A DNA stretch of 62,751 bases, counting the filler, from Sphacelaria rigidula (Eukaryota), in the NCBI GenBank assembly GCA_964200075.2. It is 6 parts of 6 records of this genome, joined end to end, with 100 filler letters (N's around TTAATTAATTAA, not from the genome) between each part and the next. Parts side by side here need not be neighbours in the genome. Positions count along the whole stretch, not along the records: positions 31,428 to 41,802 come from CAXNAA020006626.1; positions 41,903 to 52,277 come from CAXNAA020006627.1; 4 more parts are not named here. One strand, given 5' to 3'. A program made the translations under genes and the position numbers. Position 1 is the stretch's first letter; the number at the start of each line of letters is the position of its first letter. Positions 37,657-50,701 of the stretch are shown here, piece by piece. The notes beneath the pieces are model-generated. The model did no database searches, had not been told where the DNA came from, and saw only the letters and a list, made by a program, of their open reading frames with translations.

Positions 37657-40225
37657 ATGCCGTGATCGACGGGGGCGGTGCGGAGCTGCTCTTCAACGTT
37701 ACTCACGCGACCCTCAGTCTGACAAACCTCAAGCTACAAAATGGAAACGGCGTAGAGGGCGGGGCGATCGCCGGCCGTTTCGCCACTGTGTACTGCACAA
37801 ATTGTAGCTTCACCGGAAATGAAGCTACCGAAGGCGGCGGCGCGCTGGCTGTAACAGGCTCGGACGTGGCCTTCTTGGGAGATACCTACTTCGGTCAGAA
37901 TGTAGCCGTTGATGGCCAGGGGGGAGCACTGCGTTTGCAAGACTCTTCTACTTTGTTTGAGGGCGGTAACGTAATCTTTGAGGCCAATCGAGCATCAGAA
38001 GGAGGCGCCATTTCCGGGAAAATGGCCGGCGAGGTTAACTTCACCGGGAGCAGGTACTGTGCCGCACGCTAATGCACTGCACTGTGTTCATGAACTGTGC
38101 TATATGGATTCTAGCTCGAAGACTGTACTTTATTGTGGAAAATAGATGTAAGCATGTCATATAATCAAACCATGGATGTACAATGGATGCAATACAGTAA
38201 AGACGAACGATCACGACACGGGTACCATGTGTTCGTGTGCTTTAATGAGAACGAATACAAGATAAATCCCGGACAGGAGAGGCAGTGGAACCCGTTGTAG
38301 GGGTCAATAAAGTGCCAGTATAAAGCTCATATTGTCTTATTTTATGTATGCATGGGCTTGCAGCAAAGATACGCCAAGACTTCGTAGTCATAGCGTTAGC
38401 ACTACCGGGCTCAGTCATCAAACCTCTTGGCTAAATAGTCGCAGTCCCATATTTATTTCGCCATCAGTTCTATGAAAACTCTGGACGATTACGATCCATG
38501 TGCACCAATGTCAACGTTTCGTGACATAATCTCACTGCGTGAGGGCTCCGCAATTGAGATTTGCGAAGGCTTCGAAATCAACCGATCAACAATTGACTCT
38601 TTGACCGTTCATCCTTTTTCTTGGGCGGTGTCGTCCGCTGACAATCCCGGGAGGTCTTAGATTACAATGTTTGTATGCGTAGATGGAAGCAAAACGGGAA
38701 AGAGTGATCAACAGGAGTAATACAGCGCTGTAAGTTTTAACTAATAGCCGCACTGTATTAATGTTATGGTGTGGTTGAGGGAGCCTGATGCATGTTGTTT
38801 TAGCCGTGCAACGACAGATGAGAGGAGGTTTCGGCCATTCGTCGCGTTTCTTCGACGCCATGGTGGCTTCTGTCATTAGCGTCCGAATTGTATCCCACAA
38901 GGCATTCCCGGTACGATTATTTTGACCGCCTTGCGTGTCAGCGAGGAACAATTTCACAATTACTCCTTACCTAAACACCCCATAACAGCACATACACCCT
39001 GACAGTCCCATGTAGGGGACCATTCCATCTTTGGGCATTTCCAATTCCCTTTTTCTTTACAAGACTTCCTTATTGATGTACTACGAAGTATAAATGTTTT
39101 TCAATTGCTGATATCTCTGCATGTACGTGGCATGACCACATTTAGTGCCGGCGCATTCACCATTTCGGTGTGTTATTTGGAGATGACGACGTTACAGGCA
39201 GTAGTTTTTCAACACGAATAACTATACCGCGCGGTATTCACAAGGCAATGACGCTTTTGTAGGCAGTTTCTTTGACATCAAAAACACATGGTCCAAATCT
39301 CCTCGTCATTCTTCTGTCACGTGTCCAACTAGGGGTCCGTTCGGGCAGTTATAGGGCCGACATTGGCACCGATTTGCATTATCGTGCAACCTCCGTCTGT
39401 GACGTCGATATCCCATTTGGGGATTCATCTGGAATACCGGATCCATCTGGGATATGACCATCCATCTGCACATATCAGAGGAACGTCCACGCCCAAGATG
39501 GATCTCCCACAGGTATATCCAAGATGGATCTGATCTCTCAAATGGATATCCATCTAGGACGCGACATCCCATAAATACGTCTACCTGAGATATTCACATC
39601 GCAGATGGAGGTTGCACGATAATGCAAGACTCCCGGCATTGGCAGCCCTGGCCATCGAACCTTCCAAGTGAGTGTTGTTTTTCCTGTAGTTCTGTGGCCA
39701 CTGCTTCCACGACAGCATGTCTTGGTGCGCTCTGTAGAGCCGGATATTCAATCGTTCGATATCTGTACAAAGGTCATTCAAATACATCAGATTCCCACTG
39801 CTGTGCAATGTTTGTAATTCCTACAAGGCTGCTTCTGCGACAGCGTGTCTGTGAACTCAGTACTCTCAACACTAGTTGACAATCGGCAATTCCAGACATG
39901 GAAGAAAATATTGGGTAGGGCGGCGGTATTATTTGTTCAAAACAAGTGCTTTACAGCTACGGTAGCGGTAGTATTTCACTTGAAGGTTGACTGAATGGTT
40001 TTGGTACTTCTGTTTCTAACCTGCTTTTTCTTGGTACACGACAGCTACTTCTATGATAATATGGCGACCACGTCGGGCGGTGCGGCGTTTTTGCACCACG
40101 TGGCCATCCGCTTTATGGAGGGTGGCGCTGGTACTACGGCAACCTTCGTTAACAATAGCGCGGGCGTGGAGTTTGGCGGCGCCCTCGCCGTAGTCGGGGA
40201 AATTGACGAAGCTCTGAAACTGCAG
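37657..40225 (+). CDS. Polymorphic membrane protein/adhesin-like beta-helix protein (GGAI/FxxN repeats), partial
   Basis: Exon 37657-38053 (DAVIDGGG...NGNGVEGGAI...FTGNEATEGGGAL...FGQNVAVDGQGGAL...FEANRASEGGAI) joins in phase 2 to exon 40045-40225 (YFYDNMATTSGGAAF...FVNNSAGVEFGGAL). Canonical splice sites. Confidence 0.88.
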
Positions 40226-41967
40226 GTAAGTTTCTCATCGATACGGGCAAGCCTTGCATCATCATGCAACTTCCATCTGTGACACATGTAGATACCTTCG
40301 GAGAGGTACACGTGACATCTCGAACCCCGGTGGAGTCATGCTACGGTAGGTGGGGAGGGTCTTCGATTCCACGAACAAGAGGGCCCAGAGTTGTGTCGGA
40401 CGACTTGACACTCATGGTGCGCTTGTATTTGAGTGGAAATGGTCTCAAGAAGCACGAACCAGCGCTATGTATCGGTAAGAAGCGCGTTCGAACAAACGGT
40501 GCTGCTTTCAACCACAATTTGAAGTGGCATTTCGTGGAAGAAATATCCCATAATACCCCCCCCCCCCCCCCCCCCCCCCCCCCCTGCCCGTAGGGTGCGG
40601 GGGGTGCCACAAAAACGCAAGAGGACAAGAACACACAAGCACGCCCACACCCNNNNNNNNNNAAGGGATGCGTGGTCAATGGTCAAACGAATAAGGCAAG
40701 CAACAAATGAGTACGCCCCTACCTCCCACCCCTGTGTTGGAGCATGACCCCGTTGAGCTGCCAGTCTGTGCCTGTCATTTATAAGATTGACGCAGACACA
40801 TATCTGAGAGGTTGACAGCAATCTAAATAAACATCTGGGATGTCAAAACTCATCAGGGATGCCCACCGAGGACGCCTGAGACACAGATGAAGATCTGGGA
40901 TAATTATCTGGAATAGAGCCGTTAGTCTCAAACGCCCACTTGGGACGTGTATTTGGTACTACAGCTTTCGATCATCGTTCACCCAGGACTTGGACATCAA
41001 CCTGGAAGCTTCGGCCTGCTGAGATCAATCAGTTACCATTCAAATGATTCTGTTGGATCCGAACTCATCGCCATAATCGAAGTAAATTTACCTAACCCCA
41101 CCGTACCACCGTAATACCAACGCTGACTCAAGCCCAAGGGCAATTTGTGCGCTGGGGAACATCAATTTGGCGTAGCCCGAGCTGGTGAGCATGATGCAAC
41201 GTATACACTGACAAAACATACATCTTGGTTGGCGTGCACTGGCTTCCCAGAGGATGTTTCTAGTACTGTACCGCTTGCATTCAGCAAGGGCGAGTGACGG
41301 TGATGTTGCTCATACTATATCGAAACCCGCCCAGGTTGTAAAAACCGATGTCTTTCTCCCTACGGAGCAGTGCCGTTTTCGCTCCCCATCCACTCACATC
41401 GCTCTACTACCCCAGGGCACACCTGTTGGTTGGGAAGGACAAAAGTTTCCAAGCAGTTCCGGGATAAAAGAATGGGCATAATCTCTGGTCTGTTGCTTCA
41501 TCTTCCCTGCAGTTGGAGGAATTGTTATATGTCGTTTCCGTGTTGACAAGAAAGTGTATCATGGCCCGTGGAAATCTTTAATCGAGTATACCCCCCCACC
41601 CCCACCCCTGGCTGGTGAGACACCCATGAGGCAGTGTATGAGCCATGGCTGTCTCTAGAAGTGGCGATACCAGACAATAAAGCAATTGTAGGCTGTCATC
41701 CAAATGCAAGATAATTAGTAGGCTTTGTGCCGAACAATCTCAGCAGGATGCAGCTCACCCTTCATGCGACTCGCCGAACACACCACGCCGTTTCGCGCTT
41801 GGNNNNNNNNNNNNNNNNNNNNNNNNNNNNNNNNNNNNNNNNNNNNTTAATTAATTAANNNNNNNNNNNNNNNNNNNNNNNNNNNNNNNNNNNNNNNNNN
41901 NNGGCCATTTTTTTCGTGACACTTTCAGCTGGTTTTGGGTGGGGGCTATCGTAGAAAGTGTCTCTCC

Positions 41968-41999
<32 letters not shown>

Positions 42000-42994
42000 T
42001 TGCCGTCTCTTCCATACATCGTGCTGCAATTTAATGAGGAGACATCCAACACGAAGCTGAGACTTTGCGCATTTCTGTCAAAAGTTGAATTTTGCGTGGC
42101 GACGAGCAAACATGTCAATATTACAATGAATGCTTTCAACTTCATGTCCGAGAACATTTGGGGTCCTGAATATGTGGTTCCTAGACAATGCACCACTTAA
42201 CAGTGGATCCTAGAAAATGGGGTTCATACAAAAAATGAGGTTGAAGTGGTATTTCTCTTTTGCAGGGAAGACGCGAAACACTGACGACCGAGCGAAGCCA
42301 TCTTTCCCCCCAAATGTCCGCAGTACTTAAGCAGCTGTGGCTAGGTGCCCCTAACGAATGCGGTGTGCACGCGTGTCGATGACAATATCACCAGAGAAGC
42401 AACGACAGAGAGGAAGCTCGTCGCCCGTGTCCTTTGTGTGTCCTCGCTTGGTGATTACCAATCGCTCAAGAAACTGGCATCATCGATGTTATTACACCAG
42501 CATGTGCCAGCGTTTTCATGTGCCAGAACATCGACGTGCGGAGAGATTCCGTCTCTTCTTGCCTGTCGAGCTCACGAACGCGAAGATGGATTCTCTCTGC
42601 CTCTCGTTTTGGACAGGACGCGCCTCTGTGCGCTGAAAAACATGTCGTTGAAAAATAGGGCAATGTTCCCGTCACCGCTGCTACTGTTCCCTGTTAAACA
42701 CATACCAGCAAGGGCGGTGCTGCGGCAATAATGGATATATCCAATTTGAACTTGGGGGGTGTTATGCATCGTTGAATCTCGTCGACCTCCCCCTAACCAG
42801 GCGCCCGAGCAAAGGAGCGTCCCACACGCCAGTTGAGGGGGGGGGGTGAGAGATCAAACACTTGTAGAGACCTTTTTGAAATGCGGGGTGAAAAAAGATA
42901 CCTATGGTGGTGACCTAACTGTTGCTAGCGTGGTGCAGAGGGGTGCGTCCATGTTGGAATCTGGAGCACACGCTGGTCGCGTGAACAGCTCGGT

Positions 42995-43992
42995 ACAGTA
43001 CGAGTAGCTTCCCAAAATCAATAATCATTCCGATGTCAGGAGGTCATGGATTATTACAACAAGTTGGAAGGAGAGACGAGAGTGCTCCACGATCAACCGC
43101 ATGTCGTTGCATTCGAGACCCACGTAATCAACCGCCGACAGCAAGGGTCTTGTGGCTTTCACGCGACGCTGTCGGCAGTACGGCAGGCAAACCGGATCAC
43201 AGCTACCTTTCGTTGCTCTACCGTACGCACTCCCGTCTACTCAGAGGTGGTCACGGTAACATGCACCGAAGTCGCAACACCTGTGAACGCTAGAGGGTTT
43301 GAGTTTGATGAACTGCATCCACACAATTCAAACGGCTCTCAAAACATGAGGGAGGACGACTTCCCTGTCCCCCAGCCAGGTATCGATGAACGAGGAAATA
43401 CTTTTTACAGGCGGATACAACACAAATGGGGGCCCGGAGAAGTTTATTTCCGTCACAATCCGTATTTTCCAACCTACAAAGCGTTTCATGCGCATTGCTT
43501 TCTAATACGAAAAGGGTAACTTGTCGATCTATGTTCCGTTCTTCAGGGGCTGCCTGATGCCGATCCCAGAAACGTTTGGTATTGCTGTCCGATGGTATCT
43601 TCGGATGTTTAACTGGATCCGAAGCGGCCACCTTCCCTCAGGTTTTGAGAGCCGTTTGAATTGTGTGGATGCAGTTCATCAAACTCAAACCCTCTAGCGT
43701 TCACAGATGTTGCGACTTCGGTGCATGTTACCGTGACCACCTCTGAGCAGACGGGAGTGCGTACGGTAGAGCAACGAAAGGTAGCTATGATCCGGTTTGC
43801 CTGCCGTACTGCTGACAGCGTCGCGTGAAAGCCACAAGACCCTTGCTGTCGGCGGTTGGTGGCGTGGGTCTCGAATGCAACGACATGCGGTTGATCGTGG
43901 AGCACTCTCGTCTGTCCTTCCAACTTGTTGTAATAATCCATGACCTCCTGACATCGGAATGATTATTACTTATGGGAAGCTACTCGTACTGT
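42995..43992. repeat. Long inverted repeat (two ~360-bp arms, ~275-bp spacer), possibly a long-TIR non-autonomous transposon
   Basis: 42995-43355 is the near-perfect reverse complement of 43631-43992. Mirror ORFs MDYYNKLEG... occur on both strands. Ends are CAGTA...TACTG. Confidence 0.9.
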
Positions 43993-44801
43993 TATGGGTG
44001 GGACTGGGGCCCGATTTCGGGTGTTATTATATTTCGGGCAGATGAATCACGAGAGCTATATGCGTAAGAACTGGATCGTAACCAGGCGAATCATATCAAT
44101 CAAAAATACATGCGTCACCTAGAAACAACGACCTGGCTCATAAAAAATGTACTATAAACACGGTACATATCTTCAAGCCTGTGAGTGCTCGGTGTTGAGA
44201 TGATTTTGTTCCTCCGGACAACTCGCTCCAGATCAGCGGGTTGCAACTCTTGGTGCACTAGCGTTCAGCTGCTGTACTACTCGAGAAGCGCACGTCCCCG
44301 AGCTGCCACCCCACGTTTACCGCCATTGTGAAGCTAACAAGACAAGAAGACGAACAGCAGCAGTTGAGGTCGCCACACACCAACGCATCTGCAGTGAAAG
44401 GCGTGCCTGACATCGAGCTAGAACGAGAAAGTACGGAAATTTGGATACCATGAGCAGCAGCGTTGCGCATCCCTTGGGTTCTGTCTCGAAAACGTCCGTC
44501 ACAAGACGGCCGTATTTCACCGGTTAACTCGTCCTCTACAAGCCAAGGGGTGAAAAGGCATTCGCTCATGATAAGTGAGATTGTCCTTTGTACACATCCC
44601 CACAGAACGGAGCAGCACATGGCGGACCGCCACCAAAGCAAATGTCGTGACATTGGTGCCAAAAAATAGAATTTGGTCGAAGATGCAAGTTGGTGAAAGC
44701 GCATGGTTTACATATTATTTTCAGTATGTACAGGCAGTCAGTTGAAACATCGTGGCTCTGCTGACCTGTTCATACATGGTCAGTGTGTAGTGTAGTCTCT
44801 A

Positions 44802-45340
44802 AAGTAATAATCGCTCTTGGCGCCTTGGTTTCTCCGCTGGAACCCTCAGATCCAACAGCAGAAGTTCATGTGTTACCTCGCCCTCTGCAACTCGATACAT
44901 GAAGGGTACTCGCTGTTGAAAGGCTAATATGCTCATTGTGCACAGCCGTGCAGAACGAAGCAGCACCTGGCGGCACGCCACAAAGGGAAACACCGTCACA
45001 CACTGCTCGCTGCAAGAAACCAATATGCAGCCCAAAACGAAGCTGTCGATCGTCGCATAGTTTGCATCTCACTCTTGTATAAGTATATATAAACAGACAA
45101 CTACTAAGTACATGATCACACTCGCCAGCATATGTAAGGCAGTGCAAGTACTACAATCGCTCTAGACGCCTCGGCTTCTGCACTGGAGCTCTGACACGAA
45201 GCAGCCGCTAGCTTTGTCTTTCTTCTGTGAACTCCCCCTCTGAATTCGACACTTGAAGGGATACTCGCTGTTGAAAGGCGAAATTGCCTTTTGTGCACAG
45301 CCGCACAGAACTAAGCAGAAGCTCCTGCCGACACGCATCC
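44802..45340. repeat. Degenerate direct repeat pair
   Basis: AATCGCTCT...TACTCGCTGTTGAAAGGC...TTGTGCACAGCCG at ~44810-44950 and ~45155-45303. Confidence 0.65.
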
Positions 45341-45856
45341 AAACTACATGTCGTGACAACTTGCGGCGAGGAAAGAACAACATGCGCACCGATTTTTTTG
45401 AATTTGCGATGTTGGACCTCTAATAGCGCTAAATACTAATCCTCAACCCAAAAGTGCCGATCGCGCAACGCGTAGAACTCGCGACGAAGCGAAGGATTGG
45501 ACTGCAGTTTCTTGCGTGCGCTTTCCACACACCCGAGCTAGGTCACCCTATTTTACCCTTTCGTTTGAGCGTGATACTGAGCCGCAATTAATCCAAACGT
45601 ACAAAAATGAGGTGTTTTGCGTTCTGGGAGGGTTTTGTTCACTAGGCCAAATGCGCAGGGAGCTCTTTTTGTCATGCCGCCCTAGGTTTTTATCTCTGGA
45701 GCATGTATCACCATTCGTTTTTCTCCTCTCGTAGGCGTTTGCGTGTTGTTTACTTTCCTGTGTTTGTTTTTGCCTCTGGCCACGAGGTAGGAGCAAGCTG
45801 CAAGTGATACGAGATATTCAACCAATCAACGAAATATAAGTGGCATTACTGTGCCT

Positions 45857-46115
45857 TGTGACGCCAGCCAGAAGGAGGACTGGTGGATCACTGCTGTTGA
45901 GGAACTCCCCAGTCTTACTGGCCTCAGTTTAGTTGCCAGTCTGTTCAAGATTCATATTATCAGGAGTGACCTTCAAAGGCGCCAGCCTTTTTAGACCCGC
46001 AGGTCATCATCCCCGTGTCCCCGGTCATTATCCACAATTGTCCAGAATCCCCGTGCCCCCACTCATAATCTATATCATCAGTACCAACTCAACGCAACGG
46101 CGTATTTTCGTCACA
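45857..46115 (-). repeat. 3' LTR (259 bp)
   Basis: TGTGACG...CGTCACA inverted termini, preceded on the minus strand by G-rich GGGGGTGC just downstream of the chromodomain ORF. Confidence 0.75.
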
Positions 46116-48491
46116 GCACCCCCAAAGCGCGTTGGACGAAAATCGATCAAAAAGCTCGACACATGGAAACACCAAAATGACGAGTAAGTCACAACTGAAT
46201 ACCAAACTCACTCGTAATGCGAGCACCAACGGCACGAGTCACGCGCAATTTACGCGACTCTTTCGTAAAATGTTCCGGAGCGGTCCCAAAAATAACCTTG
46301 AAAGGCTCCCACGTACGCTCCTCAACTTCGAAACCAACCCAGTCGACCAACACGATCAACGTACGATCGTCTGCTTCTGCCACTCGGACAATACCAGTCA
46401 TCTGAAACTGCCCCTGATTAAAAGCGTTCTGGAACACGTCCTTAACGTCAGCCGTAACGAGCTGCGATTTTGCATAAAAACGCAAACGCGCTACATGGAC
46501 GGTCTAAACTCTACCCGAAACAGTGATCTGCATCTTAAACACGTGCGGGTGGTGAGCTCCAACGACTCTCCATGAACCAGTCCACGTCGCCATCAACTTG
46601 AGCGTAACACCCGGACGACGCATGCGTGCATATAAGACACAGTCGGAATTCGGCATTTCCAGCGCAGACGAAAACCCCTAACGTCTACGCGCACGTTCAG
46701 CGGTATCACGTTCGTGCACTTGAACGTGAAAACGTTCTTGCAAGTCCAAGACTCCTTACAGTGTACTCTTAATTTGAACATCGTTCAAAACATCACACTT
46801 CCATTTCCCCGCCGACGAAGACGCCAGCACCGAGAAAGACGTCCGAGGAGCACGACCAAACATCACGTGGTACGGCGTACTATCGTCACGATGACGATAA
46901 GCTGTATTTAGCGCCCATCGAGTCGCAGGCAACACGTCTACCCACTCGGAAACCGCTCTACGCTGCTCGAGAAAAATAGAGCGAAGAGGACGAACTACTT
47001 CCTTCACCATGCGTTCGCACGTGCCGCTAGACCACGGAGAACATGCTACCGCAAACTGGTGATCAACGCGCAAAGCCTCTCGCAATCGGGTCAAGATCGC
47101 ATTCTTGAAATTCGTGGCGGTATCACTCACCCACACACGCGGCACCCCCTAATTTTGCACCAGTTCAGCAAATATGTAGCAGTCCATTCAACAGTACACA
47201 CTGCTACTGGTTCCAGAGACACGAAGCTGCTCAAATCATCCATGAATACCAAAATGTATCGGAACCCAGCATCTTCCGACAAACCTTGGAAAGCTAGCGA
47301 GCCCCTCTCGCCCACGTACAAAGGGGTAAAAAAAACGGCTTTATTTGGCATGATCCCATGGACCGTTTCGCCGAGCGGGCGGGGAACAGCATCGCCGGCC
47401 CCTGAGTCAGCACAGTGAAGACACTGGCGGACAAATCCGCGCACTTGAGTTTTTACCCCCTGCCAGACACAAACCCTTGCAAGTGCACGAGCATCGCAGC
47501 CATACCACGATGCCCGGCGTCGCTCATGTGCGCACAAATCATCAGACGTACCTGCAACTGCTCATCAGAACTCGGTATCCACAAAGCGTTTCGGCCCCGC
47601 ACATGCACACGAAACAGGCGTTCATTGTCCAAGATAGCAGTATCAACATCCGACGCTAAAGCTTGCACATCCGCATCTTCACCCCCAAGGTCTTTTTCTT
47701 GCGCTTGGCGGACAACAGATTTGGACGGCATCGAGTCATCATGTTCACACGAACCATACACAGCCACAGCGCGCACAGGTAAAGCCGGAAAATTCACCCA
47801 ACACGAGAGAAAGTCACCCCACACGTTACGGTCACCCGAAATATGGCAAACCGAAAAACGATAGAGCCATGCAACGATAGGGCGAGGTATTTTGGGCCGT
47901 TTTATTTCACGAAATTCCACTTCGATCGCCGTTGAAAGCAGCAAACAATTGTTCGAACGCGCTTGCTCCCGATAAATAACGCTTATCCATACTGCTTTAC
48001 GACGCTTTTTCCCAAATACAAGCGCACCGCGAGTGTCTCAGGTCGTTTGGCGTATCGATAATAACATGTTTTGGTGGAATCGAACACACTCCTCCTATCG
48101 TAACATGGCTCGATACTGGCCAAAAACAGCTTTCCAATCCTCCAAACGTTGTGCCAATGCCTTCGACACAAACGTAACGCACGCTTCCGGGTTGAAAATA
48201 TACACGAGATTTCGGTGATCCGTGAAAACGTGCACGCCATCCAATAAAAATTGCTCCAAACGACGGAAAGCGCTCACGATAGCAAAACCTTCCTTGTCAA
48301 TTGTGGCCCAACGCCACTGCAAACCCTTGAAATTACCACTGAGAAAACCCAGCAGTTCATGCGTCATATCCTCGACCGGCAAGCGTCGTTGCATTTCAAC
48401 TGTAGGCACCTGCGTAACAAAACTACCCGAATGGCACTCAGATGCATCCGAAACCATTAACACCCGACAATCAGGACGAAGATGAGTGATA

Positions 48492-48723
48492 CTACGGTAG
48501 GGTTGCACTTTTTGAGCGAAAAAGGTTCTCGCGGTGTTGCACGGATCATTTTGAGAATCGGCATCATTTTTACTTGAGAAAAACTGAAAATGATGCCGAT
48601 TGACGAAAAGGCCCCTGTGTGCATTTCCATGTCCTGTCCCCGGAGATTTGGGTTGCACAGTAAGCCCCATATATTTCGGCTCCTACAAAAACGAGCCCAG
48701 AAACAAAAAGTGAACCCCTATAG
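48492..48723. mobile_element. Small MITE inserted in the Gypsy pol
   Basis: Imperfect TIRs CTACGGTAGGGTTGCACTTTTTG / CTATAGGGGTTCACTTTTTG, flanked by TA; interrupts pol just before the RNase H SDASE motif. Confidence 0.65.
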
Positions 48724-49904
48724 TAGCACTGCTCAGATGGGACAGCGTCACGGCGTGAGCAACCAGATCCTTTGCTGTCGCCCACGACCGCAACCTGCCC
48801 TCCGTCCACGATGCAGGCGGAATAGCGCGGTTTTTTGCAACACGCTTCGTCCGCTTCGCGGCACCCGCCATGAGTTCTTCGAGGGAAAAGCGCAAGGGAG
48901 CTACGGTTTCTGCCATACGCGGCAACAAGATACGCAGCCAATTTACGGCCCGGAGGAATTACATGAGTTCTGCGACCGTCGCCGGGCGCCGCATGTCAGA
49001 CAAGCCTTGCAATCTAACAGGGCCATTAGAGACGCGTCTGTGTAAGAACACATTCCCACACCACACAAGTTCATTAGCGGGAAAAGTGTATTTAACGACA
49101 AATTGTGAGAATTGAGGTTTGACTCCGAGATGAGGTTCGAGCCTAAAACAGTGCTTTCCCCACACTTTCAGCAATGGTGCCCAATGACGTTTTTGTCGGC
49201 CTAATGCCCTCGATCGTGTAGATACTTTTTCAGCGCAATTCACCGACTGTGTGAGCTTACAGCGCTGAACGAAACCGTCATTTTCCCTGATATTATCCCA
49301 CTAACACTGTTGTTGCGGAAGAACATTGTTAGTAGGAACAAAAAACCGGCGAAGACAAAGTTCGAAGAGAAAATGTGCGAATGATAATTTCAGTCATACC
49401 CGCCTACACGACATATTCATCTGCAGTTTTCAGACAAAACCAACGGGATGGCATGTGAAGTGATATACATTGGGCACAACGTACGAAAGCTGGCAACTGT
49501 GGCTTTTCAACGATGGTGGTTTCGTCCTCAGGCGTGTCGTACATCATGCAAAAGGTCATCTTGATTATGACAGCACTAATTTTTGTATGGGGGAAGAAAC
49601 GCCGTTCTCACATGCCCGAATAGAATACGTAAACAACAAATCGATGAAAACCTTGGAATATGACCGAGGGAGCTCTTGAAACCGTGTTTCCAAATTTGAA
49701 AAATCGCTCGAGATATACCCAACTGAAGTGGGGGACTCCAGATCACAGTGTGCCCCGCAGCTATGCCCCGCAAGTGAGGTAGGAAAACAGCAGCGCCTCC
49801 TGGCACTGCTCCAAAAGTGGCGAGAAGAGACAAGCCAGACGTGTGCATCAAGAGGTGTGAGAAAGGAATACGTGAAGAAGCCGTGGCTGCAGACAAGGCA
49901 GCCA

Positions 49905-50701
49905 TTGTTGAATTTGACGTCAACACGCCGGAGATATGGCATGCCATATCTCCGATCCCTGATTCATGACCGGAGGGGCACCAACTGGAGTAATTTACGA
50001 AATGAGTCTTACCTTATCGTGTGCATTTGGTTTTTTCGCTTTGCTTTTGCTGAGTGTTGATCGCGTGGATCTTGCGGTTCATCTGAGCTATCGTTTGTCG
50101 AATTTGACGTTCATCACGCCGTGGGTATGGCATGCCGTATCTCAACCCCTGATCCATGATCGGAGGGGCACCGACTGGAATAAATTACGAAATTAGCTAC
50201 CTTCTCGTGTGCATTTGTGTTTATTGCGTTTGTTGTGCTGAGTGTTGATCGCGTGTACCTTGCGGTTCATCCGAGCTGCCGTTTGTTGAATTTGATGTCA
50301 ACACGCCGGAGAGATTGCATGCCATATTTCAACTCCTGATCCATGATCGGAGGAGCACTGACTGAAATAATTCACGAAATGAGTATTCCCTTCTCGTGTG
50401 CATTTGTTTTTTTGCTTTTGTGTTGCCGAGTGTTGATCGCGTGGACCTTGCGGTCTATCCGAGCTATCGTTCGTTGAGTTTGACGTTTAACACGCCGGAG
50501 ATATGGCATGCCATATCTCCAATCCCTGATCCATGACCGGAGGGGCATCGACTGGAGTAATTTACGAAATGGGCCTTACCTTCTCGTGTGCATTTGTTTT
50601 TTTCGCTTTGTTTTGCCCAGTGTTGATAGCGTGGACCTTGCGGTTCATCTGAGCTATCGTTTGTCGAATTTGACGTTTAGCACGCCGTGGATATGGCATG
50701 C
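49905..50701. repeat. Tandem repeat, ~189-bp unit, ~4.2 copies, palindromic core
   Basis: Units start near 49905, 50095, 50283, 50470 and 50661. Core GGAGATATGGCATGCCATATCTCC is a perfect 24-bp palindrome in units 1 and 4. Confidence 0.92.

Larger units (their letters stand above)
45857..49092 (-). mobile_element. Degenerate chromodomain-bearing Ty3/Gypsy retrotransposon (RT end, RNase H, integrase, chromodomain, 3' LTR)
   Basis: RT/connection LQGLSDMRRPATVAELM; RNase H SDASE...DKEGFAIV...FTDHRNL; integrase AHMSDAGHRG...CLHC...MDD...VSDTATNF...GTCERM; chromodomain VDWVGFEVEERTWEP. Many frameshifts. Confidence 0.92.

Noticed and set aside
42266-42345. Kinase C-terminal-like peptide after a good acceptor
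   Set aside because: The resemblance needs a frameshift in the C-run; as written the frame stops early.
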